From positions 1 through 42,963 of the forward strand of contig JBIJBE010000031.1 of the NCBI GenBank assembly GCA_044345405.1: a stretch of DNA of 42,963 bases, given 5' to 3'. Made by a program: the position numbers and the translations under genes. The notes under the pieces are model-generated. The model saw only the letters and a list, made by a program, of their open reading frames with translations, did not search any database and had not been told where the DNA came from. Origin of the DNA: Bdellovibrionota bacterium. Lineage in GTDB: Bacteria > Bdellovibrionota_C > UBA2361 > OMII01. Below are positions 14,755 through 24,000 of this stretch, one piece after another. The first letter of the stretch is position 1. Each line of letters opens with the position of its first letter.

Positions 14755-15324
14755 CTACCGTTCCTCTCGATCGATGAGGTAGGCGCCATCCCGGTACCCC
14801 ATCTCACTGAGCCGTACGCGTACCAATTGGTTACGCTGGCACGGAACGACCTTCCCTACGTAGTCGGCCTGGATCGGTAACTCGCGGTAGCCGCGGTCGC
14901 ACAGAACAGCCAACTCTACCCGCCGGGGACGGCCGAAATCGATAACAGCGTCGAGCGCCGACCGGATCGTTCGTCCGGTAAAAAGAACGTCGTCCACCAG
15001 GACGATTCGGGAGCCCGCGATCCGGAACGGAAGGTCGGTTCCCCGCAGGGTCGGTTGAGACTGTGAGGCGGATAGGTCGTCACGGTAGAGGGTGATGTCG
15101 ATAATGCCGTAAGATACCTCGACACCCTCAATACGCTGGATCTCCTGCTGGAGCCGCTTACCGAGGTACTCACCTCCGGTACGGATACCGACGATCGCCA
15201 GGTGCTTTATGTCACGGTCCTTCTCAAGGATCTCGTAACTCATCCGGGAGATAGCTCGCGAGATGGTCTCTTCATCCATGACGACCTGCCACTCTCGCGG
15301 TACCGGCTTAAACTTCTCTGTCAT
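14755..15324 (-). CDS. pyrR: Bifunctional pyr operon regulator / uracil phosphoribosyltransferase
   Basis: DITLYRDD, VLVDDVLFTGRTIR, DRGYRELPIQADYVGK; heads the pyr-car cluster. Confidence 0.96.
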   Translation of the reverse strand: MTEKFKPVPREWQVVMDEETISRAISRMSYEILEKDRDIKHLAIVGIRTGGEYLGKRLQQEIQRIEGVEVSYGIIDITLYRDDLSASQSQPTLRGTDLPFRIAGSRIVLVDDVLFTGRTIRSALDAVIDFGRPRRVELAVLCDRGYRELPIQADYVGKVVPCQRNQLVRVRLSEMGYRDGAYLIDREER

Positions 15325-15336
15325 ACGTCGACTTCC

Positions 15337-15771
15337 TTACTCCTCGACCCCTACTTCCGCTGAGGGGGTAAAATCAAATGTGTAGAGGGTGAAACTTCGT
15401 CCCAAAAGGGAAACATAAAGGGGCTCTTGATAGTGTAGCCACATTTTTACCCGGCCACCAATCCTCTGTATACCGATATCTCTGGGCTCCTTCTCGATCC
15501 CATGAACGCGGATGACCTCCAGCCACTCCCGACGAAGCTCCTCATCAGACCACACTGCGGCGTTTTGTAGTACCTGCGCACAGTTACTCTTAATATCGAA
15601 GTAATAGTAGTAGAACGGCACTACCTTGTAACCTAAAAACAACACGAGCGCGGTCAGCCCCAAGCGAACTAAGGGGTCCCCCTTCTCCCTTCCCTTTGGG
15701 ACGGCGGGAACCGCTTGAACCGGGGACTCAACCGATGCCTGAACCGTGGTGTCTCGGACCTCTCCACTCAT
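15337..15771 (-). CDS. Single-pass membrane protein, resembling DUF4845-type proteins
   Basis: One hydrophobic helix followed by KVVPFYYYYF and a small alpha/beta domain; family resemblance by eye only. Confidence 0.6.
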   Translation of the reverse strand: MSGEVRDTTVQASVESPVQAVPAVPKGREKGDPLVRLGLTALVLFLGYKVVPFYYYYFDIKSNCAQVLQNAAVWSDEELRREWLEVIRVHGIEKEPRDIGIQRIGGRVKMWLHYQEPLYVSLLGRSFTLYTFDFTPSAEVGVEE

Positions 15772-15919
15772 AGGTTTCTCTTATAGCGCCCCTCCAAATT
15801 ACACCAGACAGAAGTTTCGGCCTAGAGGCCCCGACTGCTCGTAATTATGTTCTCTCCGTGCCCATCCGGAGTATAGTCCCCACGGGGCCTTTGGCTGGTC
15901 CTTTATCCACGCCGTGCGT

Positions 15920-16207
15920 ATGCGATACCGACGACACCTCACCACAATGACCATGTGCGCCCTCCTCTTTCTCGTGATCGGAACGGGTAACGTAGTCATG
16001 GGATATCGCAAAGGGGTCTACTTCGATGAAGCGGTACAAGCGGTCCACCAAAAACGGGTCGAGATGGGAACGTTCGACCCAGTGCTGCTCGAGCGACTTG
16101 AGTCGAAGCAGAGCTTCTACCGGATCGTGTCGATGGGAGGGATGGGGCTGCTGTGTGTGGCTGCCGTTCTGTTAGGGGTGGATGTCGCACGGCATCGACG
16201 ACCGTAA
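15920..16207 (+). CDS. Small membrane protein with two TM segments
   Basis: Two hydrophobic segments flanking a polar loop; divergent from the 15771 gene. Confidence 0.6.
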   Translation: MRYRRHLTTMTMCALLFLVIGTGNVVMGYRKGVYFDEAVQAVHQKRVEMGTFDPVLLERLESKQSFYRIVSMGGMGLLCVAAVLLGVDVARHRRP

Positions 16208-16238
16208 GGGAGATCTCAAGTAACCCCAGGACGTGCCG

Positions 16239-17999
16239 CTACAAGATCTTATATCCGAAGGTAGCTCGACCTGACCGGAGCTCATCCCGCAGAGCATACC
16301 CGCAGAGCCCTCGCCCCTCCTTCAACAATCTCTCATTCCATACGACCACGGGCACGTACAGACTTTGAAATTCAGAGGACTCGTGCACCCGCTTCATCGA
16401 ACTCGCGTAAAAATCATGGGTCTCTAAGGTCTTCTCAGGACGCGCAAGTTCACAGTAGTCCCCCATCAAAAAGAGGAACGGAGGTCGTTGCCGAAGAAAA
16501 ACGTCCCTCTCGAAAGCGGAGTGACTCTTGATAAAAGATTTTCGATCAGTTGAGGCGTGCGCCATCTCAACGTTGTTCAGCCCCAAAAGATCATTAATCG
16601 GTCCGTTGTAGGAATACCCAACGCCCCCTACGGTTAACGCGCCAACCACGGGAAGAACGGGGTATCCCGCGAACACGTCGTTCAGATCATTTCCAACCAA
16701 CCTTCCCTTCGTGGTGATTCCGAACTCGTGCTCGAGACCGAAGGGCGTGCGAAAGTCCTCCCACCGCGCGCCAGGCTGCGGTGATTGCGCACAGAGAAAT
16801 CCTACCGCAACGAGAGACACAACCACGCTTCGGATCATCGGAGGAATAAAGATCGGAAGAATCCTCTCGGCAAGAAGTAAGGCTCCTACCAGGAGAGCTA
16901 TCCAATACGGTTGCAGGAATCGCCACCAGGTAAAGTGATCCCCGCCCACCCAGAGAGGTACGAACGCTCCAGCGGCGAGGATTGGAGCCCACACGATAAA
17001 GGCTACCGGATACCATCGGGGACGCCCGATAAGACGCGCCAGACAAACCACAACGGTGGTCGCCACACTCACGCCTACTACAAAGACCGCCACGTTCGAC
17101 GCGTATGGAAACTGCACGGCGAAACTCGTGAGATAGCGCCATCCCTCAGTCATATTAAACCACCGGTCGCCGTCCACCTTGGCGTAGTAGGTATTCGGGA
17201 AAGGATAGCCAAAATAGAACCAGCGGAACGAGTAGAGCGCGCAAACGCTCGCGGCGAACATACCCGCGCACCTCGCGATGAAACGGGAAGCCCTGCCCAT
17301 GACAGGTCCACGACTCCATACCGCGACAGAAAATATCACGACCCCAACCGCTCCGAGCAGAGTTCCCTCGGGACGGCACCAGGGAAGGAGAACGATGGTG
17401 GCGTATGAGACGTTCCGAAAGATAGCCCTATCAGACACCGCGTAACAGGTCGTAGCGCAGGCCAACGTCGTCAGGAGAGCTCCCCACAATCCTGTCTCCA
17501 AGAGACTCACCACATTCCACACAATAAAGGGAGGGTTGCGAGCAATCCACCACAATAGAATCGCGGTAGTGCACGAAGAGATACCTACCGTTCCGATGAG
17601 ATACGCGAACCTAGAGCGCGTCTTCGCGTCCCTTGCACTCGCGACGTAGGTGACGGTAAACACTGAGGCCCAAAGAGAGAGAGCCACCAAGACGATATTC
17701 AACGCGAGGAGCACTCGCTCAGGAAACCTTGAGAACTGCGCGACACCAACACATACCGCTAACCACAAAAGGGAGCTGATCCCTTCGACCCGCTCAGAAC
17801 CGACATTCCACACGACCCCATGACCCGCGATGATGTGGCGCGCGTAGCGAAAGTAAATATTTGAGTCATCGATACCGACGTTTTCACCGATCAGGAGGTT
17901 AAGCCCGGACTCGGTCATGAAATTCACGCCGAGCAACAAGACAGCGGCGATCACCAACCACCACACATAGAGTTCTATCCGAAACCGGCTCTCACGCAT
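16239..17999 (-). CDS. Polytopic membrane glycosyltransferase, GT-C / AftB-like
   Basis: DD motif in DDSNIYFRYARHIIAGHGVVWN..RVEG.SS.LW; LET, RPEG, PNTYYAK, GGD, DLLGL motifs; many TM helices. Confidence 0.75.
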   Translation of the reverse strand: MRESRFRIELYVWWLVIAAVLLLGVNFMTESGLNLLIGENVGIDDSNIYFRYARHIIAGHGVVWNVGSERVEGISSLLWLAVCVGVAQFSRFPERVLLALNIVLVALSLWASVFTVTYVASARDAKTRSRFAYLIGTVGISSCTTAILLWWIARNPPFIVWNVVSLLETGLWGALLTTLACATTCYAVSDRAIFRNVSYATIVLLPWCRPEGTLLGAVGVVIFSVAVWSRGPVMGRASRFIARCAGMFAASVCALYSFRWFYFGYPFPNTYYAKVDGDRWFNMTEGWRYLTSFAVQFPYASNVAVFVVGVSVATTVVVCLARLIGRPRWYPVAFIVWAPILAAGAFVPLWVGGDHFTWWRFLQPYWIALLVGALLLAERILPIFIPPMIRSVVVSLVAVGFLCAQSPQPGARWEDFRTPFGLEHEFGITTKGRLVGNDLNDVFAGYPVLPVVGALTVGGVGYSYNGPINDLLGLNNVEMAHASTDRKSFIKSHSAFERDVFLRQRPPFLFLMGDYCELARPEKTLETHDFYASSMKRVHESSEFQSLYVPVVVWNERLLKEGRGLCGYALRDELRSGRATFGYKIL

Positions 18000-18076
18000 C
18001 GCTCCTCCTCGACAGGGATATAGTGACGTGGAGGCACGCGGGAGACAACACGATCATTGGGGTTGACTATATGCTC

Positions 18077-18772
18077 TCAGGACTCGACATCCTCAGACGC
18101 TGTGACCGAGAGCGCGGAACGGGTCGTAGCGCTCGCCTTGAGGAGCCCTTCCATCCCCGATTCGACGAGCCCATTCGGCAGGGTCGCGGGGAGCGCCCTC
18201 TCAATTTTTTTGATGTCATCTTTTTCAAGTTCGTACGGCATCTTCGCGAAGAATACCTGAGTCGCGAGTATCACGGTCGCGACTGAGCACACCATCAGAA
18301 AGGCCGCGGATTTGAAAACGCGTATGAGGGTCAGACCGACACTCGCTATCATCGTCGTAAGGAGGATCCCCCCTACCGATTCCCTCCAGGTTGGAGCGAC
18401 GTCGTGAAGGGTCTTCGGATCAGCTATGAGTAACACCACAACGAGCCCGGCAGTACCAAGCAGAAGCGAGTATATCGCTCGAAAGAGCCCCGCCGGTCCT
18501 TTGAGCGCTCGAAGTATCGCTCGAAAGAGCACCCATGCGATCGCGAGCCCGAGCATGATTCCCCACCCTCCGAGGATCTGCACGGGAGGTTTCGAAAGAA
18601 GTGAATGAGAGGAAACCGAAAGGTCAGCATAGGGTAATCCGAGCGGAAGCGCGGCCCCAAAAAACGATGCGAGCTGTGATATATTGAGCACCTTACTGAC
18701 AGCTATAGCGCCGATGATTGCGCATACCGGTACCACCGTTATGTACCATGGCAGAGAGAGAAATTCGGTCAT
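18077..18772 (-). CDS. Hypothetical integral membrane protein
   Basis: 231-aa ATG ORF with about 5-6 hydrophobic helices. Confidence 0.7.
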   Translation of the reverse strand: MTEFLSLPWYITVVPVCAIIGAIAVSKVLNISQLASFFGAALPLGLPYADLSVSSHSLLSKPPVQILGGWGIMLGLAIAWVLFRAILRALKGPAGLFRAIYSLLLGTAGLVVVLLIADPKTLHDVAPTWRESVGGILLTTMIASVGLTLIRVFKSAAFLMVCSVATVILATQVFFAKMPYELEKDDIKKIERALPATLPNGLVESGMEGLLKASATTRSALSVTASEDVES

Positions 18773-19037
18773 GAGGTTCTACGTTTTGGTTGCTAGTCGA
18801 CACCGCTACACCACGAGAAACAACACACCACTATGGGGGCTCGGAAGCTTCGATACACCGCCACACCACTACCTATAGTATCGGGCGAGGAGCCAAGAGC
18901 CCTGAAGGAGTTTAGCCCTTGGATATGGGGTTTATTGGGGTTGGATAGGAAAAACGGGGGGTTGGAGGTTAAAACGGGGGTTCAATTCCCCTATTCCCTT
19001 CTCGCCGTCCCCTTGGGGAAACAACAAAATGGGACTT

Positions 19038-19394
19038 TTAGACAAAGAGGCTCGGTAGCACCCGCACGAATTTCGACCGCGGCATCACCTCTCCGAGTCC
19101 AAGCTCCACAGCCTCTCCCGCTACCTCTTCGTGTACATGGGAGAAGAAACTCACCACCCGCCATCCCTGGGCTACGAGCTTCGCCACAGGTTCGCCGAGA
19201 TCGCTTTTCTGTATGCCGGTTTTCTCAAGATCGATCATGAGCGTGCCCGGCGCCGTCATCTCGCCGATCGCTTGCTCAAGCGCTTGGAGCGAACGAGCGA
19301 CCTTCACCTGCCCCTGAGCGGCAGCAGCGGCCTCCTTCACCTTGGAGATAAACATAAGATCACTAGAGACAAGGATACCGATCGACATGATCAC
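19038..19394 (-). CDS. Atypical stand-alone receiver-like protein
   Basis: CheY-like size and pattern (ILVSSDL, LMIDL, FFSHV); directly downstream of the response regulator. Confidence 0.65.
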   Translation of the reverse strand: MIMSIGILVSSDLMFISKVKEAAAAAQGQVKVARSLQALEQAIGEMTAPGTLMIDLEKTGIQKSDLGEPVAKLVAQGWRVVSFFSHVHEEVAGEAVELGLGEVMPRSKFVRVLPSLFV

Positions 19395-19412
19395 CTATTC
19401 AATGCAAAAACC

Positions 19413-20819
19413 TTACTCAATACCAAAACTCTGCGCCTTCGCGATCAGGTTCGAGCGCGAGATACCGAGCTGCCGAGCGGCCTCGCTCTTATTCCCTTCG
19501 CACCGCTTCAAGGTCGCGACGATCATATCCCGCTCAACGCTCTCAAGCACATCCTTGAGTTTTCCCTCTTGAGGGAACTCTACATCCCCTTCCGCGGTTG
19601 AACCGCTTGCGACAACCGCCGGAGAGAGACACGCCCGAGTAATAACCGAGTCCTTCCCCGCCATCACGTACGCGCGTTGAAGCTCGTTCTCAAGTTGTCG
19701 GATATTTCCGGGCCAGGAGAAGGACTCAAGCGCCGACATCGCCTCAGGAGCGATCTCTTTCAGCGCCTTGCCACTCTTCTCTGAAACCTTCTTCAAGAAG
19801 AACTCAACGAGGAGCGGAACGTCCCCTCTCCGCTCACGAAGCGGTGGGAGGGAAAGATTGACGACATTGAGTCGGTAGTAGAGGTCCTCACGGAAGGTAC
19901 CCGCTTTGACCATCTCCTCAAGATTCCGATTCGTCGCCGCGATAACACGCACATCGACCCGTATCTGCTTCGTTCCGCCAACCGGCATGAAGGTGCCGTC
20001 CTGCAAAACACGGAGCAACTTAACTTGGAGCGCCGGGCTCATCTCACCTAATTCATCCAGAAAGAACGTACCGCCATCGGCGACCTCAAAGAGACCCTGC
20101 TTATCTCGTAACGCTCCCGTGAAGGCGCCCTTCACGTGACCGAAGAGCTCAGACTCAAGGAGGTTCTCATTAAACGCCGAGCAATTCGCGACGACGAACG
20201 GTTTATCTTTACGTGGTCCATTCGTGTGGAGAGCAGTAGCGACCAACTCCTTTCCAGTACCGGACTCGCCGGTGACAAGTACCGGGACATCGGAATCAGC
20301 GACCTTGGTCATCACCTCATACAACGAGGTCATCGCTGGACTTCGCCCGATGATGTTCGCGAAGGAGAAGCTCTCCGACATCCGCGCTTGCAGACGTCGG
20401 TTCTCGACCTTTGTCTCTCGCAGCTCACCGTAGATAGATCGCACTCGGAGCGCGGCGTGAACCCTGGCGATCAACTCCTGCGAGTTGTACGGCTTGCAAA
20501 TGTAATCGTCCGCTCCCTGATTGAGCCCGTGAATGATATCCTCAAGCTCATCCTTTCCGGTAAGGAGCACGATCGGGACGTACCGAAGATCGGGATCACC
20601 CTTCAGGATCTTCGCCACCTGATACCCGTTCGGCTCAGGCATCATGACATCAAGAAGGATAAGGTCGGGACTCTCAGCGCGAGCCTTCTCAAGGGTCTCG
20701 GTCCCTGACGAGGCGGTAACCACGGAGTAGCCACGGAGCAAAAGGAGCTGCTCAAGGGCGTACAACCCATCTGGCTCATCATCAACGGCGAGGATCTTTA
20801 CGTTACGGTCTTCGGACAT
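19413..20819 (-). CDS. Sigma-54-dependent response regulator (NtrC family)
   Basis: Receiver (VDDE, LLDVMMP); AAA+ GESGTGKE, GAFTGA, FLDELGE, FREDLYYRL; Fis-type HTH. Confidence 0.95.
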   Translation of the reverse strand: MSEDRNVKILAVDDEPDGLYALEQLLLLRGYSVVTASSGTETLEKARAESPDLILLDVMMPEPNGYQVAKILKGDPDLRYVPIVLLTGKDELEDIIHGLNQGADDYICKPYNSQELIARVHAALRVRSIYGELRETKVENRRLQARMSESFSFANIIGRSPAMTSLYEVMTKVADSDVPVLVTGESGTGKELVATALHTNGPRKDKPFVVANCSAFNENLLESELFGHVKGAFTGALRDKQGLFEVADGGTFFLDELGEMSPALQVKLLRVLQDGTFMPVGGTKQIRVDVRVIAATNRNLEEMVKAGTFREDLYYRLNVVNLSLPPLRERRGDVPLLVEFFLKKVSEKSGKALKEIAPEAMSALESFSWPGNIRQLENELQRAYVMAGKDSVITRACLSPAVVASGSTAEGDVEFPQEGKLKDVLESVERDMIVATLKRCEGNKSEAARQLGISRSNLIAKAQSFGIE

Positions 20820-20885
20820 GGGTAAAACATTAGCTTGAAGTGGTTAGCGCGGAAAGACCTCCGATTCACCCGAACTGGCACATCC

Positions 20886-21035
20886 GGAGGGCGACGAGCC
20901 TGCCTCGACGTAGCGTAGCGAAGGTGGGTCCTGGTCGCCGCAACATTTCCTCGTAGCGGACGGTATTCGCCTCACGCAACACGGCGGTCAGGATCCCACT
21001 TCGCTCCGCTACGAGGGACAAGCTGACCGCCCTCC
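20886..21035. repeat. REPIN-like unit; both REPs carry a hairpin insert
   Basis: Left REP 20886-20939 (insert 20899-20928), right REP 20983-21035 (insert 20994-21022); 20921-21035 matches 25700-25814. Confidence 0.9.
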
Positions 21036-21076
21036 GATGTCACGGGTCGCAAGCCGAGTAACGACCACGGCCGGTA

Positions 21077-24000
21077 TCACCTCCCTCCCTCCGTCCGCAC
21101 AACCCCCTGCGGCCGCACCAACGAGAACCCCTTCGGCAACTTAAACAGCTCAGTGGTCCGACCACCTTTTGAAAGAAGTCGACGGGACACCATACGGGTA
21201 GCTCGGTCTGCCCAGAAGATACCAGAGACCTGTTCATTCGTTTCAGTGGTGAAGGTTCCGTTGCCGATCGTAGCGCCTCGCTCGACGAAGAACCGAGGGA
21301 AGGCGAAGCTTCCCGCCATCGTGGTGATCTTTACCTGCCTGCCTCGTCGCTCTGTTCCACCAATGACGGCAACGAGTGGTACGGTGGAATTCGGACGATC
21401 AACAACAAAACCGCGGACGAAGGAGTTATACTTACTTTCGAACCTCCGTTGACCGCTCGTGTCGTATCCGACGACTCGGGTTCGGTTATCAACTCCCCGT
21501 GTTGTGAAGAGAAGCTCATCTACGCCATCGCCATCGGTGTCGCCGCAGCCGATCACGTTGCAGCTTCCTAATCCACTCAAGACTACCTCTCGAGTTGAGG
21601 AATCACCGAGGCTCTTAAAGTGTAGTGCCCGCGTCTCGCTCTTAAAGACGGCGAAGGAGGCGCCTTTGTTGGCGGCGAAATTACAGCCGGACACGAGGGT
21701 ATCACCGGCGGCTCCAACTGAGACGTTCACGGCTTTGCCGGTCGTTGAGAGCTCTACATTCCATTCGAGATTTCCGTCTCGTACTCCAACAGCGGCGACG
21801 TCACTCACGCCGTCGTCATCGTAATCGGCGATTGCGGGATACCGTCCGGCAATAGTACGCGTTGTCCATGCTCCACTTGATGAGCGCCGCGTCTTAACCC
21901 GAACCTCATTCCGCGCTCTTCGCCACGTCGTGATCGCGGTATCCCCCACCCCGGTGAAGTCAAGAGGGGCGGCTGCAACGATGACGACCTTTACCGGGGC
22001 GGATGGCGCGCTTCTATCAACCTCAGACGCGACGTTCACGGTTGAAATCTCCCGGTACCCCGGAGCGAGCGCGGGAAGGGTAAATGTCCACGCTCCCGCC
22101 CCACTTCCGCTCGATGATGTAATCGGAACCTTTCCAACAACGATACCGTCTACATGGACCTCAACGGTGTATCCGACCGCTCCAGTACCAGAGAGAACAA
22201 CGTTGCGTCCACGCACGACGATGTTGGGTCCCTGAGGTTGGTCGCCAGGGCGCCCGAAGTCGATGTCAGGAGGCGGCGGCGCGGCGAGGGTTGGAGTGTA
22301 GGTGGGAGTAACGGTCGGAGTAGAGGTAGGGGTCGGTGTCACCGTAGGGGTAGGCGTAGGCGTTGGAGAAGTTCCGCTCAACGAACCGACGACCTCTCCA
22401 GCCGATCCCCCACCACGATTCCATGTCGCCAGCATCTGGCTGTGACTTCCTGTGCTGTTCACTACAGATATACTGCGGGGAGAACCGGTTGAACTTACCG
22501 ATACCGGAGAGGACCACACTGCATACGGTGAAGTTGACTCGGTATACTTAACCGTACCACCCTCGATAAACCACGAAACCAACCCCGAGGTAGTCCCGTA
22601 GATGCCAGTAGCTTGAGAGGATACAGTCCCGCTCACGATAGAGGTCGCGGCGCTCCAGGTTGCGGAGCTACTGGTGTAGCTCTTCATCATGACATCGTTG
22701 TTCGTATCAATGTAGGCAAGGTGTGCCGTGCCGTCCTCTCCAGCAATCAGAGATGCCTCAGACCCCGCTACCTGGTTTGCCACCGGGATACGCCGGATGG
22801 TTGAGAGACCGCCCGACCCACCGACATAGAGCGTTTTGCTTGAGTCCGTCGTTAATGCATACACCTGCTTTGTGACCCCTGTCCCAAGGGAGCCCCATGC
22901 ACTACCGTTCCACACGGCTACATAGCTCGCCGCGCTACCACCTGCGCTGGTGAAAGATCCCCCCACGTAGAGATTATCATCGCTATCGATCGTCAAAGCA
23001 TTTGCGGGTGAGCTTAGCCCTGTGCCAAGCGCAGACCACGATGTACCGTTCCACTTCGCGACCCTGTTAGCTGGACTTCCCCCGGCGGTTGTAAAGTCAC
23101 CCACAACGTAGAGGTTTCCGGTCGAATCGAATGCGAGATCATTTCCGCTAAAGTTGAGCCCCGCCCCAAGACCAGACCACAACGTCCCGTTCCACTTAGC
23201 GATGCGCGAAGCGGATACCCCACCTGCCGTGCTAAACGATCCTGTAGCATAGAGGTTTCCATCTCGATCGAGAGCAAGCGAATTCGGATTAGCGTTAAGG
23301 CCGGCCCCCAGAGCAGACCAGGTGCTCCCATCCCACTTGGCTATTCTGCTCACTGGCACTTCACCTGCGGAAGAAAAATTCCCTCCTGCGTAAAGGTGCC
23401 CATCTGCGTCGAGAATCATAGCTGTCACGTTACCGCCGAGCCCGTCTCCAAGCGCAGACCACGACGTTCCGTTCCACTTCGCTATATTCCACACCAATGT
23501 TCCGCCCGCGCTCGAAAACCAACCTCCCGCATAGACGTTGCCATGTGCATCAGCGGCCAAGGCACTCACAGAGTCCAAAAGGCCGACCCCCGTTCCTAAA
23601 GCAGACCATGATGTGCCGTTCCACTTGGCGATGTGATTAACTGCGACTCCTCCCGCTGTTGTAAAACTCCCACCTGCGTAGAGGTTGCCGCTTGCGTCAG
23701 AAGTGACGGCATACACTGTACCGTTCAATCCCGCATCGAGCCCAGACCATGAGGTACCGTCCCACGAGGCTATGTAGTTGGTAGTGATTGCACCGATCGT
23801 ACCGAATTGCCCCCCTGCATACAGCTTACCGCTGGTGGTAACAGCAAGAGCGCTTATGACGCTATTCGTCGACGTGCTCAGGCCCGTCCACGTGCTTCCA
23901 TCCCATTTAGCGATGGAGCGAGCTGCTACATCGCCGGCAGTGTAAAACATTCCACCCGCATAAAGGTTACCATCTGCGTCAACCGCCAAGGCTTCTACCC

